NCBI GenBank assembly: GCA_026396675.1
Contig: JAPLWI010000008.1
Location: 42,883 to 106,882, forward strand
Origin: Candidatus Kaiserbacteria bacterium
GTDB taxonomy: Bacteria; Patescibacteriota; Minisyncoccia; Phycocordibacterales; Phycocordibacteraceae
Length of the DNA stretch: 64,000 nt
Direction: 5' to 3'
How positions within the stretch are numbered: position 1 is the first letter of the stretch; the number at the start of each line of letters is the position of its first letter. The position numbers were made by a program, and so were the translations under genes. Below, piece after piece: positions 1 through 9,574 of this stretch. The notes below the pieces were generated by a model. That model ran no database searches. It saw only the letters and a program-made list of their open reading frames with translations, and had not been told where the DNA came from.

Positions 1-1030
<1,030 letters not shown>

Positions 1031-1050
1031 TTAGGTTTAAGGGATAAGGT

Positions 1051-1356
1051 TTAAGCGATAAGTAAAATTTCTGACTCAGAAACTATGTAGTATTCAATGT
1101 CATTCACTTTTATCGGCTCGTCCCATGGCTTCTTAAAAAAGACCGTGCCGCCCGTCTTCACCTCAACCGGAATGCGCTTCCCTTCATCATTTCGTCGGCC
1201 TGGACCAACTGCAATGACTTCCCCTTTTAAAAGCTTCTCCTTATTTACTGCCTCGGGAATGATAATCCCGGACGCGAGTCGCTTCTCGCCTTCTTTTTCA
1301 GACGGCTGAACTACAATGCGGTCGCCAAGCGGCTGAAGTGGAAATTTCTTTGCCAT
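1051..1356 (-). CDS. groS: co-chaperonin GroES (101 aa)
   Basis: The ORF translation MAKKFPLQPLGDRIVVQPSEKEGEKRLASGIIIPEAVNKEKLLKGEVIAVGPG... matches the GroES family and sits in groES-groEL order. Confidence 0.9.
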   Translation of the reverse strand: MAKKFPLQPLGDRIVVQPSEKEGEKRLASGIIIPEAVNKEKLLKGEVIAVGPGRRNDEGKRIPVEVKTGGTVFFKKPWDEPIKVNDIEYYIVSESEILLIA

Positions 1357-1397
1357 ATACCTTTATATAAATGAATAATCGCGCACGGGTAGAAGGA

Positions 1398-1426
1398 GTA
1401 TAGAGAAACTCTTGTGGTATAGCAAC
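1398..1426 (-). promoter_or_regulatory. putative sigma70-type promoter for groES-groEL (minus strand TTGCTA-N17-TATACT)
   Basis: On the minus strand, TTGCTA (plus 1421-1426) is followed by a 17-nt spacer and TATACT (plus 1398-1403), about 40 nt upstream of the groES ATG. No CIRCE (TTAGCACTC-N9-GAGTGCTAA) is present. Confidence 0.45.
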
Positions 1427-1427
1427 T

Positions 1428-1457
1428 TGACAAAGACAGTACTGTCTTGCTATATTG
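1428..1457 (+). promoter_or_regulatory. sigma70-type promoter TTGACA-N18-TATATT with a perfect 16-bp palindrome AAGACAGTACTGTCTT in the spacer (candidate operator)
   Basis: TTGACA is at 1428-1433 and TATATT at 1452-1457. The palindrome occupies 1434-1449. It sits back to back with the groES promoter. Confidence 0.5.
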
Positions 1458-1505
1458 GTTTCAGAAGTACGAAGTTAAATAAAAGAAGAAATTGGAGGTG
1501 CTATA

Positions 1506-1882
1506 TGTTTGGTATCGTCTTGGGTTTGGTTGTTTTCTTTGTTTTTGGAGGTGCCGCGTGGTACTTCCTCGTTAGTAATGCGAAGGTTTTTGGCGCAGGC
1601 GTTGGTGTTATTGCTCTGGGTGCTCTTGCATTGACAGTCTTTAGCATTTCCCCAAACGAATTAGGGTACGGGCATGTACCCCAAAGTGCAGAAGAGTACA
1701 CGAAACGACTTGATGCAGGGGTAGTTTACAGGGCTCTTTCGTCCCACACCGTTGGAGTTGATCGTATCACCCTTATAAGTAGGACTGGTACATCAAAGTT
1801 CTACGCAATCAGGGTGAAGGATACGGGGCCGCTTCCAGAGAAATTCACTCTGGTTAACGGCAACCCTGTAGCTCTGCAGTAG
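1506..1882 (+). CDS. small membrane protein (125 aa from the ATG at 1506; the ORF track starts at 1412)
   Basis: A Shine-Dalgarno GGAGGTG is 8 nt upstream of the ATG at 1506. It has an N-terminal TM helix (IVLGLVVFFVFGGAAWYFLV) and an LGYGHVPQ motif shared with the next gene. Confidence 0.5.
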
Positions 1883-1905
1883 TAGGTCAATTGCACAAAG
1901 AACAA

Positions 1906-1931
1906 CCCCCGCGAGGAATCGCGGGGGTTTT
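1906..1931 (+). terminator. rho-independent terminator CCCCCGCGA-GGAA-TCGCGGGGG + TTTT
   Basis: A perfect 9-bp GC stem with a tetraloop and a T-run, directly after the stop codon at 1882. Confidence 0.75.
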
Positions 1932-1950
1932 GCTATCTAACTCACAACGC

Positions 1951-1979
1951 TTGACAAAAATATGGCGGTATGCTAGGAT
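1951..1979 (+). promoter_or_regulatory. sigma70-type promoter TTGACA-N17-TAGGAT
   Basis: TTGACA is at 1951-1956, followed by a 17-nt spacer and TAGGAT at 1974-1979. It lies upstream of the SD-bearing small ORF at 2035. Confidence 0.45.
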
Positions 1980-2034
1980 GGTCGAAGATGACCTTTACGG
2001 TCTTAATATAAATCAGTCGGAAAAGGGAGGAAGT

Positions 2035-2232
2035 ATGGATGGATTTGAAACATCTATTCGTTTCTTGATTGTTCTTGTTTTATTCTTTTATCTTGCTTTT
2101 GGCATCGTGCCGAGAGCGCTTGGGTATAGAAATGTACCCAACAAAATTGAAAAAATGGTTTGTGGGGAGACCACCAAAAGTACTGTTGTTTGGTACTATG
2201 GTTTTGACCCTGAAAAGGAGAAAGGTAATTAA
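2035..2232 (+). CDS. small membrane protein (65 aa), paralog of the 1506 gene
   Basis: SD AGGGAGG is upstream of the ATG at 2035. The protein MDGFETSIRFLIVLVLFFYLAFGIVPRALGYRNVPN... has one TM helix and an LGYRNVPN motif resembling LGYGHVPQ of the upstream paralog. The 113-aa track ORF from 1891 reads through the terminator and is unlikely. Confidence 0.45.
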   Translation: MDGFETSIRFLIVLVLFFYLAFGIVPRALGYRNVPNKIEKMVCGETTKSTVVWYYGFDPEKEKGN

Positions 2233-2276
2233 CCCCGCGAGGAAGCCCTGCTTCCGAGCGGGGTTTCTCTTTTTTT
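2233..2276 (+). terminator. rho-independent terminator (CCCCGCGAGGAAG ... CTTCCGAGCGGGG + TTTCTCTTTTTTT)
   Basis: An imperfect 13-bp stem followed by a long T-tract. Its 5' arm AACCCCGCGAGGAA is nearly identical to the terminator at 1906. Confidence 0.7.
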
Positions 2277-2390
2277 ACCCGCACACCCAATTCGGCATCA
2301 TTCCTCTGGAATGCCTGCGGCCATGCCGAGTTGGGTGTTCGGGTATACACAGTTGCGCTCGCTTCCCTGTTCATGGTATTCTCTCCTGTA

Positions 2391-2633
2391 CAGATGGAGG
2401 CACTCGTATCGGCATTGCCGTACGCGGAAATTATCCTCTCGATCCTCCTCATTGTCGGCATCGTGCTCCAACAGCGCGGCGCGACCTTGGGTGGGGCTTT
2501 CGGAGGTGATAATTTCGCATCGACATTCTACAAGCGCAGGGGCGCTGAAAAATTTCTATTCAATGCGACAATCGGAATCGCCGTTCTCCTCGTACTAGCG
2601 GCGGTAGCGAACTTTCTTCTGGCGAATCCATGA
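2391..2633 (+). CDS. secG: preprotein translocase subunit SecG (start uncertain: 2391 or 2331)
   Basis: MEALVSALPYAEIILSILLIVGIVLQQRGATLGGAFGGDNFASTFYKRRG...IGIAVLLVLAAV follows the SecG pattern: N-terminal TM, LQQ+G, a Gly-rich ...FGG... segment, then a second TM. Confidence 0.6.
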   Translation, partial: QMEALVSALPYAEIILSILLIVGIVLQQRGATLGGAFGGDNFASTFYKRRGAEKFLFNATIGIAVLLVLAAVANFLLANP

Positions 2634-4384
2634 ACCCCATTAGAAATCTGATTTCTAATGGGGTGAATAAAGAATTGCGGGAACGACTTACGCGTATTCA
2701 GAACATTCCAGTTCTTGAACGTTTCAACGAACGCATTCGCGCTTTTTCTCCGAGCGATCGTATTATGTTTTATATTCTCGCGACCCTAGTCGGCATCGCC
2801 TCGCTTACAGGCCTTTATGCTCTTGAACAATCTCTCCTCAAACAAGTGCCCGCATACGGCGGAACGCTCGTTGAGGGCGAAGTAGGGAGTCCGCGATTTA
2901 TAAATCCACTTCTCGCTATCAGCGACGCCGACCGTGACCTTTCGGCACTCGCCTATGCCGGACTTATGGGCCTCTCTGGTTCTGGGAACCTAGTCCCAGT
3001 ACTCGCGAGCGACTATACTGTTTCAGCTGATGGAAAAGTGTATTCGTTTACCCTGCGTCCGAACGCTAAATTTTCAGACGGAGTGCCAGTTACAGCGCAG
3101 GATGTTGTCTTCACAATACAAAAAGCGCAGGATTCTGCACTAAAGAGTCCTGAATATGCGAACTGGTCGGGAATTATTGTTGAAGCTGTTGATTCGCATG
3201 TCGTGCGCTTCACTCTCCAAAAAGCGTATGCCCCTTTCCTAGGACTCACAACTTTAGGGATCCTACCTGCACACTTATGGCAGAACATATCAAACGAAGA
3301 ATTTGCATTCTCTACGCTCGAGACAAACCCAGTTGGAGCAGGGCCCTTCCGAGTAACGAGCGTTTCGCGTAATGCATCAGGACTCATACAGAGTGTATCG
3401 CTTACACAGAACTCTTTTTATGCGCTTGGACGACCGTATCTTGACGGCATTCGTTTTGACTTCTATTCACGAACAGAAGATCTCGTCGGTGCTCTTGCTG
3501 GCGGCGGTATAGAGAGCGCGTATGACATCCATTCAAATGGAACGACAGTAACCGCTCCGTATGCACGTGTCTTCGGCGTGTTCTGGAATCCAAGCGAAAA
3601 ACAAGTGTACGCTCGCGCGGAGGTTCGTAAGGCGCTCTCGCTCGCGCTCGACCGAAAAACAATTGCCGATACGGTGCTTGGCGGTTATGCGACAGCAATT
3701 ATGGGTCCTGTGCCACCAGGAAGAAAGGTGGAGCAGGTTCCAATTCCGCAATCGAGTAATCCGACGGAAACGGCTGCGGGAATACTTAAGGCAGCCGGAT
3801 GGACATATGACAGTTCTGCGCGCATTTGGAAAAATATAGGTGCAAAACAAACAATCGATAGTATTACAATACGAACTTCAAATGTTCCTGAATTAAAAAA
3901 TGTGGCGAGTGCTGTGAAAGCGGATTGGGAAAAACTCGGTATTCCAGTTACAATCGAGCTCTACGAGCCGGGCGATCTCTCACAAAATGTAATCCGTCCG
4001 CGTAAGTATGAAGCGCTTCTCTACGGTATGGTCATCGGCCGCGATCAAGACCTGTATGCTTTCTGGGATTCACAAGAGCGCAACGACCCTGGTTTGAATA
4101 TTGCGCTTTATGCGAACAAGACAATTGATAATCTCCTCGAAGATGCACGTAGTTCTACGAGCGAACAAGAACGAACTGCAGATCTTCAGAAAATCGAGAA
4201 TCTTGTCGCCGCAGATTACCCCGCCGCATTCTTGTATGCACCGAATTTCGTCTACGCAGTGCCGAATGATCTACAGGGTGTTGAATTGCCACAAATTATA
4301 ACGCCGTCCGATCGTTTCGCTTCAGTCGCATCGTGGTATCGCGTGACCGATAAAGTGTGGCCATTTTTAGTAAATAAAAAATAA
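2630..4384 (+). CDS. ABC transporter substrate-binding protein, family 5 (oligopeptide/dipeptide/nickel-type), 584 aa
   Basis: An N-terminal TM/signal anchor is followed by a fold typical of OppA/DppA family-5 solute-binding proteins (…YTVSADGKVYSFTLRPNAKFSDGVPVTAQDVVFTIQKAQD…). Confidence 0.65.
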   Translation: MNPIRNLISNGVNKELRERLTRIQNIPVLERFNERIRAFSPSDRIMFYILATLVGIASLTGLYALEQSLLKQVPAYGGTLVEGEVGSPRFINPLLAISDADRDLSALAYAGLMGLSGSGNLVPVLASDYTVSADGKVYSFTLRPNAKFSDGVPVTAQDVVFTIQKAQDSALKSPEYANWSGIIVEAVDSHVVRFTLQKAYAPFLGLTTLGILPAHLWQNISNEEFAFSTLETNPVGAGPFRVTSVSRNASGLIQSVSLTQNSFYALGRPYLDGIRFDFYSRTEDLVGALAGGGIESAYDIHSNGTTVTAPYARVFGVFWNPSEKQVYARAEVRKALSLALDRKTIADTVLGGYATAIMGPVPPGRKVEQVPIPQSSNPTETAAGILKAAGWTYDSSARIWKNIGAKQTIDSITIRTSNVPELKNVASAVKADWEKLGIPVTIELYEPGDLSQNVIRPRKYEALLYGMVIGRDQDLYAFWDSQERNDPGLNIALYANKTIDNLLEDARSSTSEQERTADLQKIENLVAADYPAAFLYAPNFVYAVPNDLQGVELPQIITPSDRFASVASWYRVTDKVWPFLVNKK

Positions 4385-4395
4385 TTAACTTCTTT

Positions 4396-6360
4396 ATGAA
4401 TTCAGCACCAGCCCCGGCACCGAGTCCGGCAAATCCGAGTCCTTCGCGCGATGAACATTCTTTCTCTCGTCCTTCTTCTCCGCGGCGTTTTGACAAAAGA
4501 GGAAGTCGTCCACTTGGACAACGCCCGCCCGTAAGTTCGCCTCGCCGAGGATTTAGCGAGGCGAGTAGGAAGGGGCCACGCCCAGGAGGCGCAACGCGTC
4601 GAATTCAACGAATTCTTCGTCGCCCATCGGCGAACCCGACACATCGGATTAAGAGCGCCGATTACTTCCCTTCTCAGCCGAGCGCGACAACGGTTCGCAT
4701 TATTCCGCTCGGCGGAGTAGAAGAAGTGGGGCGCAACATGATTGCCGTTGAGGTCGGTGCGACCGGCGACATTCTCGTTTTCGATGCAGGTTTTCAATTC
4801 GTTTCCGAAGATGTGTCTCCGGGCGTTGATTATATTCTCCCAAACACAAAGTATCTTGAGAAGAATGCCGAGCGAGTGAAGGGGGTCATCATTACGCACG
4901 GACACCTCGATCACATCGGCGGTATTCCTTTCACATTGCCGCGTTTCGGGAACCCTCCTGTATACACTCAGAATCTCACTTCAATAATGATTCAGAAACG
5001 GCAAGAGGAATATCCAGATATCCCGAAGCCAGAATTGATAATCGTTGAAATCGGCCAAACTGTAACTATCGGTAAGACGCGCGTAAAATTTTTCCCAGTT
5101 ACGCATTCAATTCCCGACTCCATGGGCGTGTCAATTGAAACGCCGCAAGGCAACGTGGTCATCACCGGTGACTTGAAACTTGAACACGATGACGGCATTC
5201 CTTCAGAACGCGAGGTAAAGACCTGGGGCGATATCGGCAAAGACAATAATATTTTCTTTATCGCCGATTCGACGAACGCCGAAAAAGACGGGTTCTCTAT
5301 TCCCGAGAAACGCGTCATTCAAACGTTGGAAGATATTGTGAAGACGGTTTCCGGACGCCTTATTATCGGCACTTTCGCTTCGCAATTTGAGCGCATGATT
5401 CATATCATAGAGATAGCGGAAAAATTGCATAAAAAAGTCGTTACTGAAGGTCGCTCCATCAAAACCAACCTTGAAATCGCAGAAAAAGTTGGGCTTTTGA
5501 AGATTAATAAAGATACTCTCATTCCCGCACAAGATATCGGGGACTATCCGCCAGATAAAATCGTCATTCTTTCAACCGGCGCACAGGGAGAAGAATTCGC
5601 CGCCTTGATGCGTATCGCAACCAAACAGCATAAATACATCATGCTTTCTGAACGCGACACGATTGTACTTTCATCATCGGTTATTCCGGGAAATGAGCTC
5701 AATGTGCAGAAATTGAAGGATAATCTCTACCGTCATGGCGTTACGCTTATCAATTATCGTTCGTCGGATGTTCACTCGACTGGCCATGGCAACACAGGCG
5801 AACTCGTGTGGATTAATAAACAGGTTCATCCGAAATTCTTTATGCCCTCTTACGGCTACCATTCAATGCTTCGTTGCCACGCGAAGGCCGTCGAGCAATC
5901 GGGATTCCCTCGAGAAAACATCGTCATTCCTGACAATGGCTTCGTCATCGACATTGAAGATGGTGAACGGATGAATGTACACAAGCAGAAAGTACCCTCC
6001 ACACCGATGGTTGTTGACGGATTCAATATCGGTGATATACAGGAAGTCGTAATTCGTGATCGCCAGTCACTCGCGAAGGATGGTATGTTCGTCATCATCG
6101 CGAGCGTCAATCTTAAGACCGGCAAATTGCGTAAGTCGCCTGATATTATCAGCCGCGGCTTTATTTATCTGCGCGAATCGCAGAATCTTCTAAACGAAGC
6201 GCGCATTCTCATCAAAAAAACAGTTGAGGATTCAACACGCAATATGAATCCGATTGATTTGGATTATGTAAAAAATAATCTGACTGATGTAATGGCGGGC
6301 TACCTCTTCAATCGCACCAACAAAGCCCCGATGGTGATTCCTGTCCTGATTGGGATGTAA
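4396..6360 (+). CDS. rnj: ribonuclease J (metallo-beta-lactamase / beta-CASP) with a ~100-aa Arg/Pro/Ser-rich N-terminal extension
   Basis: VRIIPLGGVEEVGRNMIAVE...GVIITHGHLDHIGGIPF (HxHxDH motif), followed by beta-CASP and C-terminal RNase J domains. Confidence 0.85.
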   Translation: MNSAPAPAPSPANPSPSRDEHSFSRPSSPRRFDKRGSRPLGQRPPVSSPRRGFSEASRKGPRPGGATRRIQRILRRPSANPTHRIKSADYFPSQPSATTVRIIPLGGVEEVGRNMIAVEVGATGDILVFDAGFQFVSEDVSPGVDYILPNTKYLEKNAERVKGVIITHGHLDHIGGIPFTLPRFGNPPVYTQNLTSIMIQKRQEEYPDIPKPELIIVEIGQTVTIGKTRVKFFPVTHSIPDSMGVSIETPQGNVVITGDLKLEHDDGIPSEREVKTWGDIGKDNNIFFIADSTNAEKDGFSIPEKRVIQTLEDIVKTVSGRLIIGTFASQFERMIHIIEIAEKLHKKVVTEGRSIKTNLEIAEKVGLLKINKDTLIPAQDIGDYPPDKIVILSTGAQGEEFAALMRIATKQHKYIMLSERDTIVLSSSVIPGNELNVQKLKDNLYRHGVTLINYRSSDVHSTGHGNTGELVWINKQVHPKFFMPSYGYHSMLRCHAKAVEQSGFPRENIVIPDNGFVIDIEDGERMNVHKQKVPSTPMVVDGFNIGDIQEVVIRDRQSLAKDGMFVIIASVNLKTGKLRKSPDIISRGFIYLRESQNLLNEARILIKKTVEDSTRNMNPIDLDYVKNNLTDVMAGYLFNRTNKAPMVIPVLIGM

Positions 6361-6443
6361 AAACAAAAGGACTCTCCTCCGCTCTGCAAATTTCTTTGCA
6401 AAGTTTCAGAGAGTTCAAATGTAAAAAGATCAAAAAGAATTAG

Positions 6444-7058
6444 TCAGCGGGAGACAACCTGATTATTGATATCCCACTTGAGCAGGCTCGCGACTGAATA
6501 GGCCTCAATAAACCAACCGTCATCGTCGGAGTCGGTGTTCCAGCGCGCGTACATAACCCAGTCAGCAACATAAAAGACATACAATTTGCTCTTGCCAGCG
6601 GTCTTTAGAAATTCAAAGACATGTGCGAGAGCGATTACAGCCGTGTCGCCGAGTTCTGCGAGAATTGAAACATCGCACGACCGTTCCTTCAATTTCTGAA
6701 TACGAAGCATCGCCGGGGCGATGCTCGTTTCCATCTTAATGAGAAGATTTTTCTTGAAGTTCGAACCGAGCCAGGCGATTTTTACACCATCGGTCGTCTT
6801 CCCTTCGCGGAATTTCTCTGCAGCAATAAATAAATCGGTGCCGGTGACTCCGACGGCGGCGATGTGTTCGAGAATTGATGCCTTCTCGTTTGTTTTTCTA
6901 TCCGCAGTCGCTAAATTCACAGTAAGAGCCGCAAGATCTGCAAGGAACTTCGGGTCAAGGTTGATCCGAGCCGCTACTACGCCTGCGCTATCACCGAGTG
7001 CAGCCCAGAATTTTTTGGTTGTCTCATGGGGCATTTTTGCCCACGGTATTCTTTCCAT
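6444..7058 (-). CDS. hypothetical protein (204 aa)
   Basis: A long ORF with good coding appearance. No family was recognised by eye. Confidence 0.4.
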   Translation of the reverse strand: MERIPWAKMPHETTKKFWAALGDSAGVVAARINLDPKFLADLAALTVNLATADRKTNEKASILEHIAAVGVTGTDLFIAAEKFREGKTTDGVKIAWLGSNFKKNLLIKMETSIAPAMLRIQKLKERSCDVSILAELGDTAVIALAHVFEFLKTAGKSKLYVFYVADWVMYARWNTDSDDDGWFIEAYSVASLLKWDINNQVVSR

Positions 7059-7164
7059 GACTACCTCCTTCTTAAAGATCTTATTTTACTTTCTGCCCGC
7101 ACCTTACGGCACTTCTCGTAATTCGTCAACTAATCTGCACGAGGTCGAACCTCGTGTAAGTTAG

Positions 7165-7860
7165 TCAAGCTGCCTTCGGCCCGCCTCGCCTTGACGGGCG
7201 AGTCGAGGCGGGCCAGCGGAGGGCGGCTGGTGGCCAGAGTTTCGTGAGAGGATGATTTGTGCAGTCGTGTGAGCGCGCTGGACAAACATATCGGCCATAC
7301 AGAACAAGGCCATTGTTCACATATTTCCAGTCATTTTTTGGAATGAGCATTTCCAAATCTTTCGAGATTTTTGTCGGGTTATTGTTGTCGGTAAGGTCAA
7401 AGCGTTTTGCAAAACGCATTACATGCGTGTCAGTGGCTATTCCCTCCCAAATATTGTATAGCTCGCCGAGGACGACATGGGCGGTTTTATAGCCGATGCC
7501 GGACAGTCCAATGAGCTCCGTTTCACTACGCGGCACAATGCTGTTATATTTCTCTTTGATTATTTTTGCCGCGCCGATAATTGCCTTTGCTTTATTTCGG
7601 AAAAATGGAATGGAAGAAATCTCTTTCATAAAAATCGCTGGGTTTGCTTCCGCAAAATCTTTCACTGTTTTATATTTCTTGAAAAGTTTTGCCGTACATT
7701 CATTTACTTTTTTATCTGTACATTGTGCCGAAAGAATAACTGCAACAACAAATTGAAACGGCGTTTGATATGTGAGTTCACTTTTTGGTTTTGGATAGGT
7801 TTTCTTCAAATAAGCAACGATTTTTTTCGCTCGATGCTCCCGTTCAATACTATTCGTCAT
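7165..7860 (-). CDS. nth: endonuclease III (Nth, HhH-GPD DNA glycosylase) with a degenerate Fe-S cluster loop
   Basis: The HhH-GPD core (…LIGLSGIGYKTAHVVLGELYN…ATDTHVMRF…) is present. The C-terminal CX6CX2CX5C motif reads C-PARSHD-C-TN-H-PLTKL-W, so ligands 3 and 4 are His and Trp. The ORF then runs about 20 codons into a GC-rich hairpin. Confidence 0.75.
   Translation of the reverse strand: MTNSIEREHRAKKIVAYLKKTYPKPKSELTYQTPFQFVVAVILSAQCTDKKVNECTAKLFKKYKTVKDFAEANPAIFMKEISSIPFFRNKAKAIIGAAKIIKEKYNSIVPRSETELIGLSGIGYKTAHVVLGELYNIWEGIATDTHVMRFAKRFDLTDNNNPTKISKDLEMLIPKNDWKYVNNGLVLYGRYVCPARSHDCTNHPLTKLWPPAALRWPASTRPSRRGGPKAA
7180..7216. other. GC-rich inverted repeat GGCCCGCCTCG ... CGAGGCGGGCC (11-bp stem plus a nested CTCGCC/GGCGAG stem) inside the 3' end of the nth ORF
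   Basis: The inverted repeat was read directly from the sequence. It is terminator-like, but it is embedded in the coding tail PPAALRWPASTRPSRRGGPKAA. Confidence 0.5.
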
Positions 7861-9020
7861 AGATTAAGCGTCTGTTCTTCGTGAGGAAAAGCGAAATTGA
7901 AGAAAATAACCAGTAGCGCGCCCATAGAAAAAGTAGTGAGAAGAATCACGATGAAAAGACCGATGAATGGAATGAGCGCAATGAGAGAAAATGCGAGCAT
8001 GCCGAGAACGCCATCATGCCACAATACTGTTTCGCGATGCGCGAAACGATTCGCGAACATACCGCCGAGAAGAATACCTGCATACATAAGCGACAGAAAC
8101 ACAATAAAAGCATATGCAATGAAGGCAAGGAGTGCGATACCAATACCGACGAAAGTAAGTGCGAGAACGATGAGTAAAATCGGTGTAGCTACAAGCATAG
8201 CAAAACCGAGCAGAAGAGTTAATAAGATACTGCGTACACGCCTTCTGCTGGCACGTTCGACTACTGCTTCTGCGAGGCGTGGGAAAAGACCGGCGAGTAG
8301 ACCGGCGAGAATAAGAACGCTCAAAATGCGCACAAAGAGAAAGAATCCGACGCTCGCGAGTGCAAGTGTTCGTGAAGTCCCAGCATCCGGCAGATATGAA
8401 ATGTTCGTATATGTGGTGCCACCGACTATAGTAGCGGATACCGGAATAGATGCCGCTTCGGGTGCTTCGTAAGATAATGCCCCCATAATTTTAGTTCCAG
8501 GTGCGATAGTGACTCGACCGCTCGCGACAATGTTTACATTATTTGCGAAGTCACCAGCAAGTGACACATTGTTTCCATAAATCGTAACCGGACCTGAAGC
8601 GCCGTTTGTGAGAGTGGTGTTCAAGGCAATGATAAAAACATTTCCACCTGCCCGTCCGGAATCATTCACGGAAATACCGAGAGCAACCAGATCGCCTGCA
8701 ATTGGTTTCTCAATTGCGATACTCCCACCGACGGCTCTAAAATCGCCCATTACCGGCGCGCGCGAATCAATGGAACCAGCGAAAAGAAGTTCGTCGCCGG
8801 TTACTGGCGCGGCAGAAACAATATTGCCGCCAACTGCCGATAGATCCCCTTTCACTGGCGCGGTAATCACAACAGAAATGCCGGCAGTATACGCATTGCC
8901 TGGCGAAGAACTAGCTGTGTTAAGCGAGCGTGCCGCTGAAAAAGATGCTGGAGCATTCGCCGCGAGAGCACTCGCTGGAATGAGGAACGAGATGAATAGA
9001 AAAAGAAAAAAACGATTCAT
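7857..9020 (-). CDS. secreted/membrane protein: signal peptide, bactofilin-like beta-helical repeats, C-terminal polytopic membrane domain (387 aa)
   Basis: The N-terminus MNRFFLFLFISFLIPASALAANA is a signal peptide. Repeated GDLSAVGGNIVSAAPVTGDELLFAGSIDSRAPVMGDFRAVGGSIAIEKPIAGDLVALGISV units follow, then about six hydrophobic helices. The gene overlaps nth by 4 nt. Confidence 0.5.
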   Translation of the reverse strand: MNRFFLFLFISFLIPASALAANAPASFSAARSLNTASSSPGNAYTAGISVVITAPVKGDLSAVGGNIVSAAPVTGDELLFAGSIDSRAPVMGDFRAVGGSIAIEKPIAGDLVALGISVNDSGRAGGNVFIIALNTTLTNGASGPVTIYGNNVSLAGDFANNVNIVASGRVTIAPGTKIMGALSYEAPEAASIPVSATIVGGTTYTNISYLPDAGTSRTLALASVGFFLFVRILSVLILAGLLAGLFPRLAEAVVERASRRRVRSILLTLLLGFAMLVATPILLIVLALTFVGIGIALLAFIAYAFIVFLSLMYAGILLGGMFANRFAHRETVLWHDGVLGMLAFSLIALIPFIGLFIVILLTTFSMGALLVIFFNFAFPHEEQTLNL

Positions 9021-9028
9021 AGAAATTA

Positions 9029-9481
9029 TTATGAGGGTGGACGGTAGAGAGAACTTTTTCGTAATGGTTCAATGAGACATGCAAAAATGAAAATACCGAT
9101 TGCCACACCAGCGGAAGCCAAGCAATAGACACAAAGTGCCTTTACAACAAAAAATTCAATGAAAGTAAGATAAAACGATATGGCGATACCGACAAGCGAG
9201 ACACCTTGAAGAATGCGCCGCAAAAGTCGATCAAAGATTACGAGCTCAAGCGCGGCAACAATAAACATGAAAGCGCAAAAAATGACGCCGTACTCGGCAA
9301 GCGACACGCCAAAAAATCGCGCATACTGACTTGCGGCAACGATGTTACAACCGGAAAGATTCTCAACATTACAGAGAAGCGGAGTATTGCTCGCCTCATG
9401 CTGAGCGAGATATATCGAGTCAGAGAGGCCGCAAAAAGCGAGAATTAGTATACAGACGACACCTGCACGCTTCATACCCAC
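9029..9481 (-). CDS. vitamin K epoxide reductase (VKOR)-family membrane thiol oxidoreductase (150 aa)
   Basis: Four or five TM helices, a loop Cys pair (LLCNVENLSGCN) and a membrane CVYC (CxxC) motif match the VKOR/DsbB-like architecture. Confidence 0.5.
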   Translation of the reverse strand: MGMKRAGVVCILILAFCGLSDSIYLAQHEASNTPLLCNVENLSGCNIVAASQYARFFGVSLAEYGVIFCAFMFIVAALELVIFDRLLRRILQGVSLVGIAISFYLTFIEFFVVKALCVYCLASAGVAIGIFIFACLIEPLRKSSLYRPPS

Positions 9482-9574
9482 AGAATACGCGTCTTGTTGG
9501 CTTGGTGCAATCTGCTTAATTCAGGTGCGCCAGTTTAATAAATGGGCTCCTTTTGTTTTTGCGAATTATTTTTT

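Noticed and set aside
1357-1480. Search for a CIRCE (HrcA) or HAIR (HspR) heat-shock operator upstream of groES
   Set aside because: No TTAGCACTC-N9-GAGTGCTAA or CTTGAGT-N7-ACTCAAG is present. Only the unrelated AAGACAGTACTGTCTT palindrome is present, and it is reported separately. A TTAGCACT fragment at 23624 is part of a different palindrome.
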